Notes: generated from the sequence alone by a model not told the origin. A stretch of 64,000 nucleotides of DNA from Planctomycetota bacterium (GCA_965223265.1 OZ244999.1:6976001-7040000), one strand, 5' to 3'; numbered from the stretch's first letter, positions 37,866-48,557 are shown. Translations and numbers: made by a program.

Positions 37866-39605
37866 ATGAAACGTCTCGCATCGATTTCTTTAGCTCTGCC
37901 AACTACTTTGGCGTTGGTTTCCACAATCGCCGCGCAGCAGTACACACCGGCGGCGTACGAGATCACGCTCTACTCAGTGGAATTATCGGCGGACGGTAGC
38001 TCGTTTCAGTCGGTCCTCGACGAAGCGGCTGGAATCCCAGTCGACCTCGCCGACGCCGCGAGCTTCACTGACTCGTTCAGTGAAGAGGCATTCATCGCTC
38101 CGGGTACGTATCGGTGGATCCGCATGACGATCGACGAACAGATCATTTGGTCCCACCCAGACGCACCGGTGGGTCTCTCAGATCAACTTTTCACCGTCAT
38201 AGGAGGTCCTCCGGGATCCCAACCAGGGCAGATGACGGTCTACTTCGCAACTCACGACGAAGGGGGACTACCCGGCGGTGACGGCGGTGGGTCCGGCACG
38301 CGCGACGAACCGTTCCTCCTCGGCGGCGACGCCGAAGTCGTCAGCGGCGAGAACACGACCCTCCGCATAGTGTTCAAACTGACGAACACCCTCGTCGACC
38401 AAGGAGGCGGCGTGTACGACCTAGCGCCTCCCGAGATGTTCTTCGTCTCTGAGAACGAGGACGCTGCGGCGCTCTCAGGCGACTTCACCACGACGGTCTA
38501 CAACGCCACCAAGGCCACCTCGTCGGATGGCATGGGTGGCCAGCAGATCGACGCTTGGTCATACGCCTCGGGGCGAGGCACACTCACATTCGATGGCCTC
38601 GGAGGTTGGAGCTGGTCCGGCACACTCAACGAATTCGACCTCGCCGGCGGGGCGGCCGGCAGCGTCGACACGGCCGCCGCGATGACTGGTCGCTATGGAA
38701 TCAATCTCGACGGGTCGATTTGGATGACCGCAACGGGAGAGCCCGGGACGCTTCGCGGCGCGGTCTCCGAAGATCAGACGTTACTCGTTGCAAGTATGTT
38801 CGACAGCCCGACGTCCCATCTCATGATCTTCGGGGTTGAGCCCGCGACGAGCGCCGACAACACGACGCTCAGCGGCGACTACTACTTCACAACGTACGGA
38901 ACCACCTACGAAGCAGGACCCGACAGAATCGAGTATCGCGGCGCGTTCGGAACCGTGAGTAGTGACGGCTCTGGGCTACTCACCGGCACAGAAGACTCGA
39001 ACTCCTTCACCCTGCTCGACCCACTCGGCGCCGCGACAGTCTCTGGTCCTACCGTCGATTTAGGCGACACGATTGCCGATACGATCGCGATCAGTGCCGA
39101 CGGCGGCCTCACCAGCTCCGGCGGTCGCGCGTTGGGTGCGATCCTCGGCAGCGGCGACGCCGCCTGCCTCGCGTTCAGCTTTGCCTCGCCGTATGAGCCG
39201 AACCATCAGCTCGGTTTCATCGTGCGCCAGAGCCCAGCCGGGACGTTCAATAACGCAAGTCTGCGTGGCACGTATCTCGGCGCGCAGTTCGGCGACGTCG
39301 GCAGTTCCGGTGGCAGCACGTATTTCTCAGGGTTCTTCCGCGTCACCTTCGATGGCGTGGGGTCAGCGACCGTCACGGTTCTCGAGAACCGCGAGGGGAC
39401 GATCGAATCGGGCTCCTTCGTCGGCGCGTACAATGTCGACTCGGCAACGGGCTTCGTCAGCTTCCTCGACGAGTCGGGGAGTCCCGAGGATCTCCGCGGT
39501 GCCGTCGGCCCCAACGCCCTGTCCTTCATTCTCGCTGCGGTGGAAGAGGACGATGGGCAACCAAACGACCAGCGCTTCTTGGGCCTGGGCGTGAGACAGG
39601 ATTGA
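37866..39605 (+). CDS. Secreted beta-rich hypothetical protein (DUF4382-like N-terminus plus three internal repeats)
   Basis: Signal peptide; PGTYRWIRM; three repeats starting LSGDF/LSGDY/LRGTY, each with a TFDGxG-like motif. Confidence 0.7.
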   Translation: MKRLASISLALPTTLALVSTIAAQQYTPAAYEITLYSVELSADGSSFQSVLDEAAGIPVDLADAASFTDSFSEEAFIAPGTYRWIRMTIDEQIIWSHPDAPVGLSDQLFTVIGGPPGSQPGQMTVYFATHDEGGLPGGDGGGSGTRDEPFLLGGDAEVVSGENTTLRIVFKLTNTLVDQGGGVYDLAPPEMFFVSENEDAAALSGDFTTTVYNATKATSSDGMGGQQIDAWSYASGRGTLTFDGLGGWSWSGTLNEFDLAGGAAGSVDTAAAMTGRYGINLDGSIWMTATGEPGTLRGAVSEDQTLLVASMFDSPTSHLMIFGVEPATSADNTTLSGDYYFTTYGTTYEAGPDRIEYRGAFGTVSSDGSGLLTGTEDSNSFTLLDPLGAATVSGPTVDLGDTIADTIAISADGGLTSSGGRALGAILGSGDAACLAFSFASPYEPNHQLGFIVRQSPAGTFNNASLRGTYLGAQFGDVGSSGGSTYFSGFFRVTFDGVGSATVTVLENREGTIESGSFVGAYNVDSATGFVSFLDESGSPEDLRGAVGPNALSFILAAVEEDDGQPNDQRFLGLGVRQD

Positions 39606-39789
39606 GGTGAAGCGGCGAAACTGCACGCTTTGCTGGGCCCCGGTACTCCAGGTTCCGGCCGGCACGCGGGCAAAAGAATGCTTACGGAGAAACGACGGCT
39701 GAGCGCTGCACAACGTGGCGCTCGCCGACGTTTCTTCGCGTTTGAGGAGCGACGACGAAAGACGAAGCCGGCGACGGGTCGGAAGCAGT

Positions 39790-40055
39790 TACGGACGGAG
39801 ATGGAGGCAGATACAGAGACAGACCCAACTGTTGCAAGAGAGAAGGGCTTCGAGGCCGTTTGCGTGGGCGTTTGCGTGGGCGTTTGCGTGGGCGTTTGCG
39901 TGGGCGTGGGCGTGGGCGTGGGCGTGGGCGTGGGCGTGGGCTAAAGTAGCAGGCACACGCCGTGTGCCGTTCCGGACGTGAGCGCGAGTCGCCACGGCAC
40001 GTTCTAGCAACTTCACAGCCCTCTGTGCGGGGGCGTGGGCGTAAGCGTGGGGCAC
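39790..40055. repeat. Solo REP-like + hexamer element, inverted relative to the copies at 1-1032
   Basis: About four GCGTTTGCGTGG units, a GCGTGG run, then GTAGCAGGCACACGCCGTGTGCC at 39946-39968. Confidence 0.88.
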
Positions 40056-40088
40056 GACACACCCGCTCGACGGGCGCGAACTTTGACC

Positions 40089-43000
40089 TCAGCGCGCCAC
40101 CTTGAGAAACGCAACGAGATCGGCAAGCTCCTGAGCCGTTAGCTGTGCATCAAGGCCGGACGGCATCAGCGACACGGCGCTCGGTGCGATGTCGACCGCA
40201 TCTTCCCGCGCCAAGCGCACTTCGTCTACCGGCCCCGTGCGCAGAACAACTTCGTCAGTCGGTTCGCCGTGCAGAATCCCGGTCAGGACCTCCCCGGATT
40301 TCGTCACAACCGTCACAGGTTCGTAGCTCTGGACGAAACTGAGATTCGGATACATGATCGCTTCGGCGAGATCGATGTCGCTGCGGCGACTTCCGACGTT
40401 GGTGAGATCGGGCCCGAGCGTACCACCGAGGTAGCCGATCGAGTGGCAGGAGACGCACGCTGCTTTTTCGCTCTTGAAGACCCGTTGACCTCGCCGCGCG
40501 TCACCGCTCGATGCAAGCGCCGCAACCTCCTCAATGCGTGAGCGCTGCGACTCTGCGTCGCCGCGCAGCGCGCGGACCAGCTCCTCACCCGCCTCGCGCA
40601 CGGCTTCCGGCTGCTTCGCCAGCCATTTCTCGAGCGCATCCGCACGCAAACTTGGAAAAGCGGTAGATGCTCGAAGCGCGGCGAGCAACTGGATTCCCAG
40701 TTCTTCGCTCGCGACTGCATCGAAGACGGCAAAGAGGCGATTGATCTCGAGAGGCCCAGTGCGAGAGATCGATCCAACGACGACATCGAGCGCCGGCTTG
40801 TCCACGGATGATTCCGAAAGCACTCTCGAGGCGAGAGAGCGCTGGTTGATCGGCTGTTCGGAGGCGACGTTCGCCATCAAAAACGTCACTGCGGAGCTGT
40901 CGAGTTGGCGTTCGTCTTTCGGAATCGCAGCCAGGGCCGCAAGTCGAAACTCGTGCGCTTGGCTGACATCGCGGGCCAGCTCGGAGAGAGCTTGGTTGAG
41001 TTCTTGCGACGAAGCGCTCGCGACATTCTGCGCGGCCGCGCACGCGAGTGCCAAAGATGAGGGATCGCGCCGCCGAATCTCACCGGCTACGGCGGCGGCC
41101 CAGGACGCCGGTGCCTCTTTGCGTCGCGCCCGGCTGACAACTTTAAGCGCGACATGTCGCCCCGCACTGCCATCGCCCTCGATGGCACGCGCCAGAACAT
41201 CGTCGAGCGCGCTGTGACGACTCAGCGCCACGAGCTGCTCGAGTAGCTCAATTGACTCTGACTCTGACGCATCGGGGTTGAGAGCTTGGAGCTGCGCCTC
41301 AAAATGACCTGCCAGGGCCCCGCCCCACTGCGGATGACGCCGCACAATCCATGCAGCCGCAGACCGTAGAGACGGATCATCCGCTTGCAGAAATGGGATG
41401 ACGTCAGCTGCCTCCCAGCCGCCACTGTCCATCTGATCGACTGCGACGAGAGCTGCCCTCTGCACGCGCGGATGCTCGGATGCAAGCCCACGCGCGGTGG
41501 CCTCCCTCGCATCGATTTCGATCAGCGCATACGTCAGCGAGTGCTCAAGGCCGCGGTCGGCAGTTTCACATGCGGCGAGGAGCTCCGCGACGGCCTCCGA
41601 TCGCCCGATGCGCCCGATCGCTTCGGCAGCGACTCGTTGCAGCGACACCGCGTCTGAATTGAGGACCCCAAGCAGCTCGGGAAGGGCACGCGCGTCACGC
41701 CAAACACCGGCGACGTGCGCGGCAGCGTGGCGCACGCCGCGGTCCAGGTCGCCGAACGCCAGGCGCGCGGCCTTGCGCGCAGCGTCCCCTGGGATGCGAC
41801 TCAGCGTCCAGACGGCATTGCGCCGGGCGTCGATCTGAGCATCCCCCACCACGACCGCCGCAAGTGCCGGCACAGCCGATGCACCGATCTGCGCCAAGCG
41901 AGACCGGGCGCGTTGCCGCACAGCGGGACGCGCGTCTGCGAGGAACGCAGGCGCGTTGTCGACGTCCCAAGTGAGCTCGAGTCCGCGTGGGTCCTCAGGA
42001 ACTTCGGCGCCGACGCGCCGGACACGATAGATCCCACCCAGCACGTCGGGTTTCGACAGCTGCGACGTGGGGCAACAAACCTTGTACCAACCTCCGGTGT
42101 CGACGACGAGGAGGCTACCGTCCGCATCGACGACGACGTCGGTCGGATGAAAGTCCCAGTGGTCGCACGTGACGAAGTCACTGTCGTCACTCAGAAACGA
42201 TGATCCATCAGGTTTCAGAACGTGCCTCGTCACACGCTTCATATTGAAGTTGCAGACGAACAGATTGTTCTCGTACTCGGCGCCGAATTGAGGTGCGTTG
42301 TAACGCGTCATACCGCACGGTGCGGCGGCGCCAAGATGGCTGAGCACCGGCATGACGTCGTCGCTTGTTCGTTGGTGTCCCTCTGTAGAAGAGTGCACCT
42401 TGCCGTAGACACCGCCGTAGATGGCATGGATGAGGCCATCGCGTTTGCCGCCTCCCGGTCGCTGCAGGAACGTCGTACTGAGAATTCGCTCGCCTTCCGG
42501 CGTGAAGACGACGTCGACCGGATTGTTCATTCCCCCGGTCATCACTGGTTCGATATCGCTACCGTCGACGCGGGCGCGAAAGATGTGCGCCGCCCGCGTC
42601 ACCAGCGGGTCTCGTCCAGGTCGATCATAACTCTGCGTTCGGTATTCGCCTTTGCACCAGTAGATCCAACCATCGAGACCAAGATACGGACCATGAAGAT
42701 CGTTGGCACAGCCACTGAGCGTCCGCCGAAACCACTCCTCACGCCGGTCGCACTTCCCGTCGCCATCTTCGTCCACGAGCTTCCAGATACTCGGTGGCGC
42801 AGCGACGTACAAAGCGCCGTTGTGCCACAGGGCGCCTTCGGGAAACATCATGCGGTCGGCGAAAAGCGTGCGCCGATCGAACCGTCCGTCGCCATCCGTA
42901 TCCTCCAGGCGGACGATGCGGTGCGGCAAGTCCTCGAGCTGCTTGCGCACGCTGTAACTGGCGCCGGAGGATTCCGCGACATAGAGTCGGCCGTCGTCAT

Positions 43001-43187
43001 CGAAATCGGCGGCTATCGGGCGCTCCGTGACAGGGGGCATCGCAGCTCTTTCGATCACGAAGCCGTTCGGCACCGTGAACACGAACTCGCCAAGACGAAA
43101 CTCTCCGGCAAAAAGAGACGGAAGAGACGCTGCCATCAAAACGGCGATCGGCGCAGCGAACGCGGCTACTCTCCTACACATTCTCAT
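40089..43187 (-). CDS. PVC-type membrane-bound dehydrogenase-like protein (beta-propeller + HEAT + cytochrome c)
   Basis: EDTDGDGRFD, DFHPTDV, HEAT units, CVSCH heme motif and GPDLT...SLMP. Confidence 0.9.
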   Translation of the reverse strand: MRMCRRVAAFAAPIAVLMAASLPSLFAGEFRLGEFVFTVPNGFVIERAAMPPVTERPIAADFDDDGRLYVAESSGASYSVRKQLEDLPHRIVRLEDTDGDGRFDRRTLFADRMMFPEGALWHNGALYVAAPPSIWKLVDEDGDGKCDRREEWFRRTLSGCANDLHGPYLGLDGWIYWCKGEYRTQSYDRPGRDPLVTRAAHIFRARVDGSDIEPVMTGGMNNPVDVVFTPEGERILSTTFLQRPGGGKRDGLIHAIYGGVYGKVHSSTEGHQRTSDDVMPVLSHLGAAAPCGMTRYNAPQFGAEYENNLFVCNFNMKRVTRHVLKPDGSSFLSDDSDFVTCDHWDFHPTDVVVDADGSLLVVDTGGWYKVCCPTSQLSKPDVLGGIYRVRRVGAEVPEDPRGLELTWDVDNAPAFLADARPAVRQRARSRLAQIGASAVPALAAVVVGDAQIDARRNAVWTLSRIPGDAARKAARLAFGDLDRGVRHAAAHVAGVWRDARALPELLGVLNSDAVSLQRVAAEAIGRIGRSEAVAELLAACETADRGLEHSLTYALIEIDAREATARGLASEHPRVQRAALVAVDQMDSGGWEAADVIPFLQADDPSLRSAAAWIVRRHPQWGGALAGHFEAQLQALNPDASESESIELLEQLVALSRHSALDDVLARAIEGDGSAGRHVALKVVSRARRKEAPASWAAAVAGEIRRRDPSSLALACAAAQNVASASSQELNQALSELARDVSQAHEFRLAALAAIPKDERQLDSSAVTFLMANVASEQPINQRSLASRVLSESSVDKPALDVVVGSISRTGPLEINRLFAVFDAVASEELGIQLLAALRASTAFPSLRADALEKWLAKQPEAVREAGEELVRALRGDAESQRSRIEEVAALASSGDARRGQRVFKSEKAACVSCHSIGYLGGTLGPDLTNVGSRRSDIDLAEAIMYPNLSFVQSYEPVTVVTKSGEVLTGILHGEPTDEVVLRTGPVDEVRLAREDAVDIAPSAVSLMPSGLDAQLTAQELADLVAFLKVAR

Positions 43188-43522
43188 GCATCTCTCTCCC
43201 TGCGATAGCACGCACGGCTCGGAGCACTTCGACCCATTGTGACAGAACACGTGAGATCAACTCGCGTCGTCCGCGTTGATCAATATAAGTATGGTCCCTC
43301 CGCTCTCGAACGCGAAGCTTTTTGCGCGAGCGAACAGACGGCTGATCTCCCTGTTGGCATCGTCGACCTCGACTGATCGCAGGAGCTCGCGTCAAAACGC
43401 CAGAATCGTTCAGAGAGTCAGACCTCGCGTTGCTCACCATTCCTAGCGGGCTATGGGGTTCGCGTGCCCGCGTTCCGATCGCGCCGCCAGCATTCCGAGA
43501 TAGGTCTCCTGTCCTCGGCGGC

Positions 43523-46500
43523 TCAGGTGCTATGTTCGGGGGTGTCGACCGGGGTAGCGTCTGTAGAGGTGTCCGAGACCCCACCGTCTCTCGCCACCTT
43601 GAGCGTCGAATCCGCACTGCGCAGATGAAGATCAAGCTGCGGGAAGGCGATCTCGAGTCCCGCTTCGGCGAACGCCTCGTTGATAGCTGTGTGCAGCTGA
43701 TGCACCGTCTCCAGGCGGTTCGCGAAATCAGGCAAGTAACAACGCAACACAAAGTTCAACGTGCTATCGCCGAATCCCTCGAACGTGGCGATGGGAGCTG
43801 GATCTTGCATCACCAGCGGATGAGCGCGAGCCACCTCGAGCAGCAACGAGCGCGTCGTTTCGGTGTCAGAGCCGTAAGCGACGCCGACGTTGATGACGAC
43901 GCGATTGACCGTGTTCGAGAGTGTCCAGTTCAGAAGGCGGCCCGTGATCAACTCTTTGTTCGGCACGACGTACTCCTTGCGATCCCAATTGATGATCGTC
44001 GTCGCACGGATGCGGATCTTCGAAACGGTGCCCGTGACATCGCCCACGGTGACGATATCGCCAATACGAATCGGACGCTCGAAGAGAAGAATGAGGCCAC
44101 AGAAGAAGTTCGCGATGATCTCTTGAAGTCCGAAACCAATTCCGACACCCAGCGCCGCCACGAGCCACTGAATGTTGTCCCAGCCGATGCCAATCGCTTT
44201 GAATCCGAGCATCAAACCAATGGCCGTGAGGGCATACTGCGACACGGTCGAGATCGCATATCGGATGCCGGCGTCCAGAGGCAGGTTCTTCAGCACAACA
44301 ATCTCGAGAACGCCAGGGAGGTTCTTCGCCGCGGCGATCGTCAGGACCAAGACGATGGTGGCGATCGCCACCTCGCCGAGGGTCAACGCCGTGCCAAGAA
44401 TTTTGACCTCGTCGAGGACTGCCAACGCCGGGAGAACACCGGACCAGATCAACCAACAGCCAACGACCGTGCCCATTCCGATCAACGTGCGTAGGAGCTT
44501 CCGCGATTGGTCATTGACGGTGACCAGATCGAGCTCAGCGCTTTCGACGACGGCCGGCCCTGCCTCAGTGGCGCCGTCGACCTTGGGGACAGGAGCGCTC
44601 TCTGCGGATCGTGCCTCGCGGTCGCGCCGGGCCTTCTCGATCGCCATGCGCCGCGCTTCGACCGTAAGCCAACGCAGGGCCAAGTTGTGAATCCCGACTG
44701 CGATGACGACAAGGCACACCGTTGCGACGACGCGCCGCTCGAGCACGAGCGCTGTGTAGTAGTAGCCTACGATGGCGACAATCGCTAGGGCGACAGGCAA
44801 AGCGACGGCGAGCGGATACCAAACGTATCGCAGCCGCGCCAGCCATCCCTCCGGACGCGCGGTCAACACCGATTCAACGACACCGCCCCGCGGCCGCAGT
44901 ACACGCTGCAGAAAAACGGCCTGCGCCGCCGTCGCGACGACGAAGGCGAGTCGCCCAAGGCTGTTTTGCTGCGCATCCAACCCGGCGCGCTCTGTCAACA
45001 CGACGATCAAGGTCGTCGCGGCGATCGTTCCCATGAGCCACAAGAGATGGCGGCGGATGAGGTCGAGCGAGCTCTGACGCCAGCGAAAATGGACGCGAGC
45101 GATACCGTGCGAGCGGCATAGAGCAGCACCGAAACGCAAAGCGAAGAACGCGAGCGACGCCATGAGAAGCGCGTGTCCGACAGCGTCGGCGAACGGCGAA
45201 GTCACCCCTGCGCTCCCTGCAGCCAGTCGCCAACCGAAGAAAGCCCCCACCAGTGGTGCCGGGGCAACGAACAAAAGCGTCGTCAGAAGGGCGTCGAGCG
45301 TCGAGACGAATCGGTCGCTGAAGATGCGACCAACACTCTCGGCGATTCTCTTGAGTCGCTCACGAAGACGCCGGCGAGACATCACGAGAACGAACCAGAT
45401 CACGAGAAACGCGAGGTGAATCACCGGTTGCGTGCGAAAGTCGGTGGCGATCGTCGAGGCTACGGAGACCCAGTTCTCTGGCGACAGGATCCAACCACAA
45501 GCACCGAGCAAATCTTTCGCGGTTTGCAGCGTCGGGAGTGATGCGCTGGGGATCCATAGCAGCCACTCGTCGAGCAGTAGAGAAAAATCGCTGGCGGTCT
45601 TCCGAAGTTCCGAGCGTGCAGTCGTCAAATCCGCCAACGACTTGAGCTGGCGATCGTAGGCTTGTTGAAGGTTCCTTTTCAGGGACTGGCTCGCCTGCAG
45701 TTGCTCCCGCACCTCGGCGACGATCTGTTGCCGCTGATCCGCGGGAAGCTCTGCGATTTGGTACCGCTGGTCCGCTATCGCCGCCTCGACAGCGGCGTCA
45801 AAGTCTTGCAACTCTCGGAGATCGGATCCGAGTTGAAAGTGTGCCGCCTCGGCAGCGGCCACGCTGCTCAGCCACTCCGACTCGACACCACCACTCTCGT
45901 ACAATACGTCGTCGATCCGCGCTCTCTGCTCTCGCATCACCTTAGCGCCGACGCCGCTGACTCCCGCACGATTGAGCTGCCCACTCGTTCGTTTGAGCAC
46001 TTCGCCTAGCTTCTGTGCTCGCTGCTGCGTCAAAGGCACGACAGAGTTGACGGCGTTCGTTCGCGCCTCAACGCGCGTCAACTCACCACCGAGCTCAGCG
46101 TTGTTCTCCGCCAGTTCCTTGATCAGGGGGTGCTTGTCGCTCGCCTCCTGACGCGCCCTTTCCGCCTCATGTTTCGCAGCCTCGGCATCCGCAGCGCGGA
46201 AATCAGCGATCAGCTGATCCAAAGGTGCGACGGCGGCCTCGTGCTGACGTACAACTTGCTCGGCGACCTCACTCTCGACCTCAAGGAGCTCGAGCCGCAT
46301 AGGCCGGCTCAACTCCTCTTGTTCCAACATGCGGATCTCATCGTTCACTGCCAATCGTCGTGCGAGCAGCGCGGCGCGCTTCGCCGCCGCGAGTGTGGCG
46401 TTCTCCTCGTCACCGCCGCCTTCGCGGGTCTCAGACTCAAGCTTCGCGAGGCGATCCCGTGCCTCTTGGAGCTGTTTGCGCGCCGCCTGCGGGCGTTCCT

Positions 46501-46981
46501 TCTCTTCTGACAGTTGTCTGCTCTTCTCTTCTGCCGCACTTTTCGCGGCAAGCAGGTCTGCCTGAATCTTCGCGAGCTCCACATCGAGCTCGCCGCGCTC
46601 CATTTTCTTCCACGCTGTCAGTCGACTCGCAGGCAACTCGACCGACTCCACGAGCGTGCTCCGCAGTTCCTTCGCCCGCTGCGACGCTTTCTCGATATCG
46701 CCTTTGTAAGACTCTGCCCGCCCCCGCCACTTCTCCGACTCTTCGAGCTTCTCCTTTGCCTCCCCGTAGATCTTCGCGGCTTCCGCTTTGATCTCGTCGG
46801 GCAACTCAGTGGCCGCTTGGATAGCAGTGATCTGGGCTTCGATGTACTGAGCAGTGAGCTCCGAATCGGCGGCTTTCGCTTTCGGCGGCGCCTGCAACCC
46901 CGCATTCTCTTGGGAGACAACGGGAACCGAGAACAACAGCGTGACAACACACGCGGAGCGCAAAAATGAATCGCGGTGCAT
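43523..46981 (-). CDS. mscK: Mechanosensitive channel MscK/KefA family
   Basis: Long coiled coil, TM region, GIGFGLQEIIANF, LFERPIRIGD and IAFPQLDLH. Confidence 0.9.
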   Translation of the reverse strand: MHRDSFLRSACVVTLLFSVPVVSQENAGLQAPPKAKAADSELTAQYIEAQITAIQAATELPDEIKAEAAKIYGEAKEKLEESEKWRGRAESYKGDIEKASQRAKELRSTLVESVELPASRLTAWKKMERGELDVELAKIQADLLAAKSAAEEKSRQLSEEKERPQAARKQLQEARDRLAKLESETREGGGDEENATLAAAKRAALLARRLAVNDEIRMLEQEELSRPMRLELLEVESEVAEQVVRQHEAAVAPLDQLIADFRAADAEAAKHEAERARQEASDKHPLIKELAENNAELGGELTRVEARTNAVNSVVPLTQQRAQKLGEVLKRTSGQLNRAGVSGVGAKVMREQRARIDDVLYESGGVESEWLSSVAAAEAAHFQLGSDLRELQDFDAAVEAAIADQRYQIAELPADQRQQIVAEVREQLQASQSLKRNLQQAYDRQLKSLADLTTARSELRKTASDFSLLLDEWLLWIPSASLPTLQTAKDLLGACGWILSPENWVSVASTIATDFRTQPVIHLAFLVIWFVLVMSRRRLRERLKRIAESVGRIFSDRFVSTLDALLTTLLFVAPAPLVGAFFGWRLAAGSAGVTSPFADAVGHALLMASLAFFALRFGAALCRSHGIARVHFRWRQSSLDLIRRHLLWLMGTIAATTLIVVLTERAGLDAQQNSLGRLAFVVATAAQAVFLQRVLRPRGGVVESVLTARPEGWLARLRYVWYPLAVALPVALAIVAIVGYYYTALVLERRVVATVCLVVIAVGIHNLALRWLTVEARRMAIEKARRDREARSAESAPVPKVDGATEAGPAVVESAELDLVTVNDQSRKLLRTLIGMGTVVGCWLIWSGVLPALAVLDEVKILGTALTLGEVAIATIVLVLTIAAAKNLPGVLEIVVLKNLPLDAGIRYAISTVSQYALTAIGLMLGFKAIGIGWDNIQWLVAALGVGIGFGLQEIIANFFCGLILLFERPIRIGDIVTVGDVTGTVSKIRIRATTIINWDRKEYVVPNKELITGRLLNWTLSNTVNRVVINVGVAYGSDTETTRSLLLEVARAHPLVMQDPAPIATFEGFGDSTLNFVLRCYLPDFANRLETVHQLHTAINEAFAEAGLEIAFPQLDLHLRSADSTLKVARDGGVSDTSTDATPVDTPEHST

Positions 46982-47473
46982 TCTTCTCAACAACCTCAAT
47001 TTCAAGGTCGAAAACGACCGAACTTCGAGCACAGCTTACCCGGATGAGTTCGAGAAACAAGGCGCTGCGACGCAACGCTGGGTCGCTGCAGCGAACCCGC
47101 TGGCTGCATCGCAAACGTCGACGTCTGTAGGTGCGACCCCCTGAGTCGCACCTTCGCCCCCGGCGTACTTCACCGGCTTCGATTTTGACCTCATTGACGC
47201 ACACCGCGGGAGCGCTGACCCCCTCGGGAGTCCCAACCCAATGCACACCAAAAATGGCTCACGGTCGGCATGCCGCCTGCCGAGCGGGAGCGATTCTTCG
47301 TCGTCATTCTGCCGGAGTTGGCGACCAAGACTCGTCCGGAGATTGGACAAGTTGGTGCCAGAATCGGTCCTGATCCAAAGTTCGACGATGTCTAACTTTA
47401 ACTCACGCAGGCCCTAAAGAATGCCTAATTCAAGGCACTTTTCTTGCATCCCTAGATATGGGGATGAAGTACC

Positions 47474-47563
47474 TAGCAGCCCGTTGAAAGAGTGCTTTGA
47501 GCCGAAAACTGGTCTCTTCGCGGCCAGCGTCTCGGCCGAATGACTTTTTCAACAGGCTGCTTA
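47474..47563. mobile_element. Fold-back MITE copy 4 (internally deleted)
   Basis: TAGCAGCCCGTTGAAAGAG...CTTTTTCAACAGGCTGCT with the centre missing. Confidence 0.82.
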
Positions 47564-47605
47564 GCTCGCGGCAAGAGCACGAATACCTTTCTATGGCACA
47601 CACCA

Positions 47606-48034
47606 ATGCGAACACACGATCAAGAACCACGACGGTGGCTTCGACACGTAGGTGTCGTCTGCTGCCTCGCGTCTCTTTCGTTCGCCGTCTTCCTGGGGTT
47701 CTCCACTCCAGAGCGAGAGGCGGAGGTCAGGGACCTCGGGCGATCGACCGAGTTGTCGCAGCTGGCCCAACCCTCGCAAGATCGCGACACGGACTCCAAC
47801 GTGTTTCGCAACGCGAATTGGCTGAGCGACGAGTACCTCGCTCAGCTCGAGGAGGCGCCCTCTCCTCGACCGGAACCAGCCGTGGACTACTCGGAGATCA
47901 GTGCAACCGTTTTCGAACAACTTCACGGCGTCACCGTCGGCACGGTGAGCCACTCCACTTCATCCACCGAGCGTGAAGTACGGCGGTGGGAAAAACTGTA
48001 TGAGGAACGAAAGAATGCGCGCAAATCGGACTAG
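47606..48034 (+). CDS. Hypothetical single-TM protein heading the pilin cluster
   Basis: One hydrophobic helix; stop overlaps the next gene. Confidence 0.55.
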   Translation: MRTHDQEPRRWLRHVGVVCCLASLSFAVFLGFSTPEREAEVRDLGRSTELSQLAQPSQDRDTDSNVFRNANWLSDEYLAQLEEAPSPRPEPAVDYSEISATVFEQLHGVTVGTVSHSTSSTEREVRRWEKLYEERKNARKSD

Positions 48035-48557
48035 CAAAGAGCAGGGCTTCTCTCTGCTCGAGGTCCTCGTCGCCCTGACGTTCCTAACTCTCATCTTTCT
48101 AGCGTCCGGGCTGACGGTACAGTCGAGCAGCCTAGTCGCAAGGCAGATGGAGGAGGATCTCCTCATTCAGACGCAAGCCCAAAACTACGTAGACCTTTGT
48201 CTTCTTCAGCCTTTCGGTCGCGAGACCGACGACAACCCGCTTCCGGACCTGCTCGTGGAGGTCTTCGACAACGACGAAGAGCCCGGCGACATCACGCTCC
48301 ACCAGTTGACGCGGTGGCCCGTGAGTGACGACGGTTGGCGCTTCGAGCTAACCAGCTTTCCGGTGCCTGGCGAGTGGCGTGTCTCCGTGACCAGTGACCT
48401 CGACGGCGATGGTGGCACCGGCACGACGACAGCAACCGGCAACGACGCGACCTCGCTAGCCAGCGTCGAGGCCTCACGTGGAGTATTTCGCATAAGCGTC
48501 TTCTTCAACGAGCGACCGATTCTGACGACAAACAGAGCCAAGGAGGTGAGCCTGTGA
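48015..48557 (+). CDS. Type IV prepilin-like protein (PilV/PulI-like)
   Basis: Class III signal QG|FSLLEVLVAL. Confidence 0.85.
   Translation: MRANRTSKEQGFSLLEVLVALTFLTLIFLASGLTVQSSSLVARQMEEDLLIQTQAQNYVDLCLLQPFGRETDDNPLPDLLVEVFDNDEEPGDITLHQLTRWPVSDDGWRFELTSFPVPGEWRVSVTSDLDGDGGTGTTTATGNDATSLASVEASRGVFRISVFFNERPILTTNRAKEVSL

Noticed and set aside
43430-44494. Long antisense ORFs (also 3922-4833, 4797-5828, 13928-14953, 15345-16289, 42222-43208, 61774-62799)
   Set aside because: Each overlaps a well-supported gene on the opposite strand and shows no recognisable motifs
47036-47350. 104-aa ORF upstream of mscK
   Set aside because: TTG start, no motif and atypical composition; not supportable
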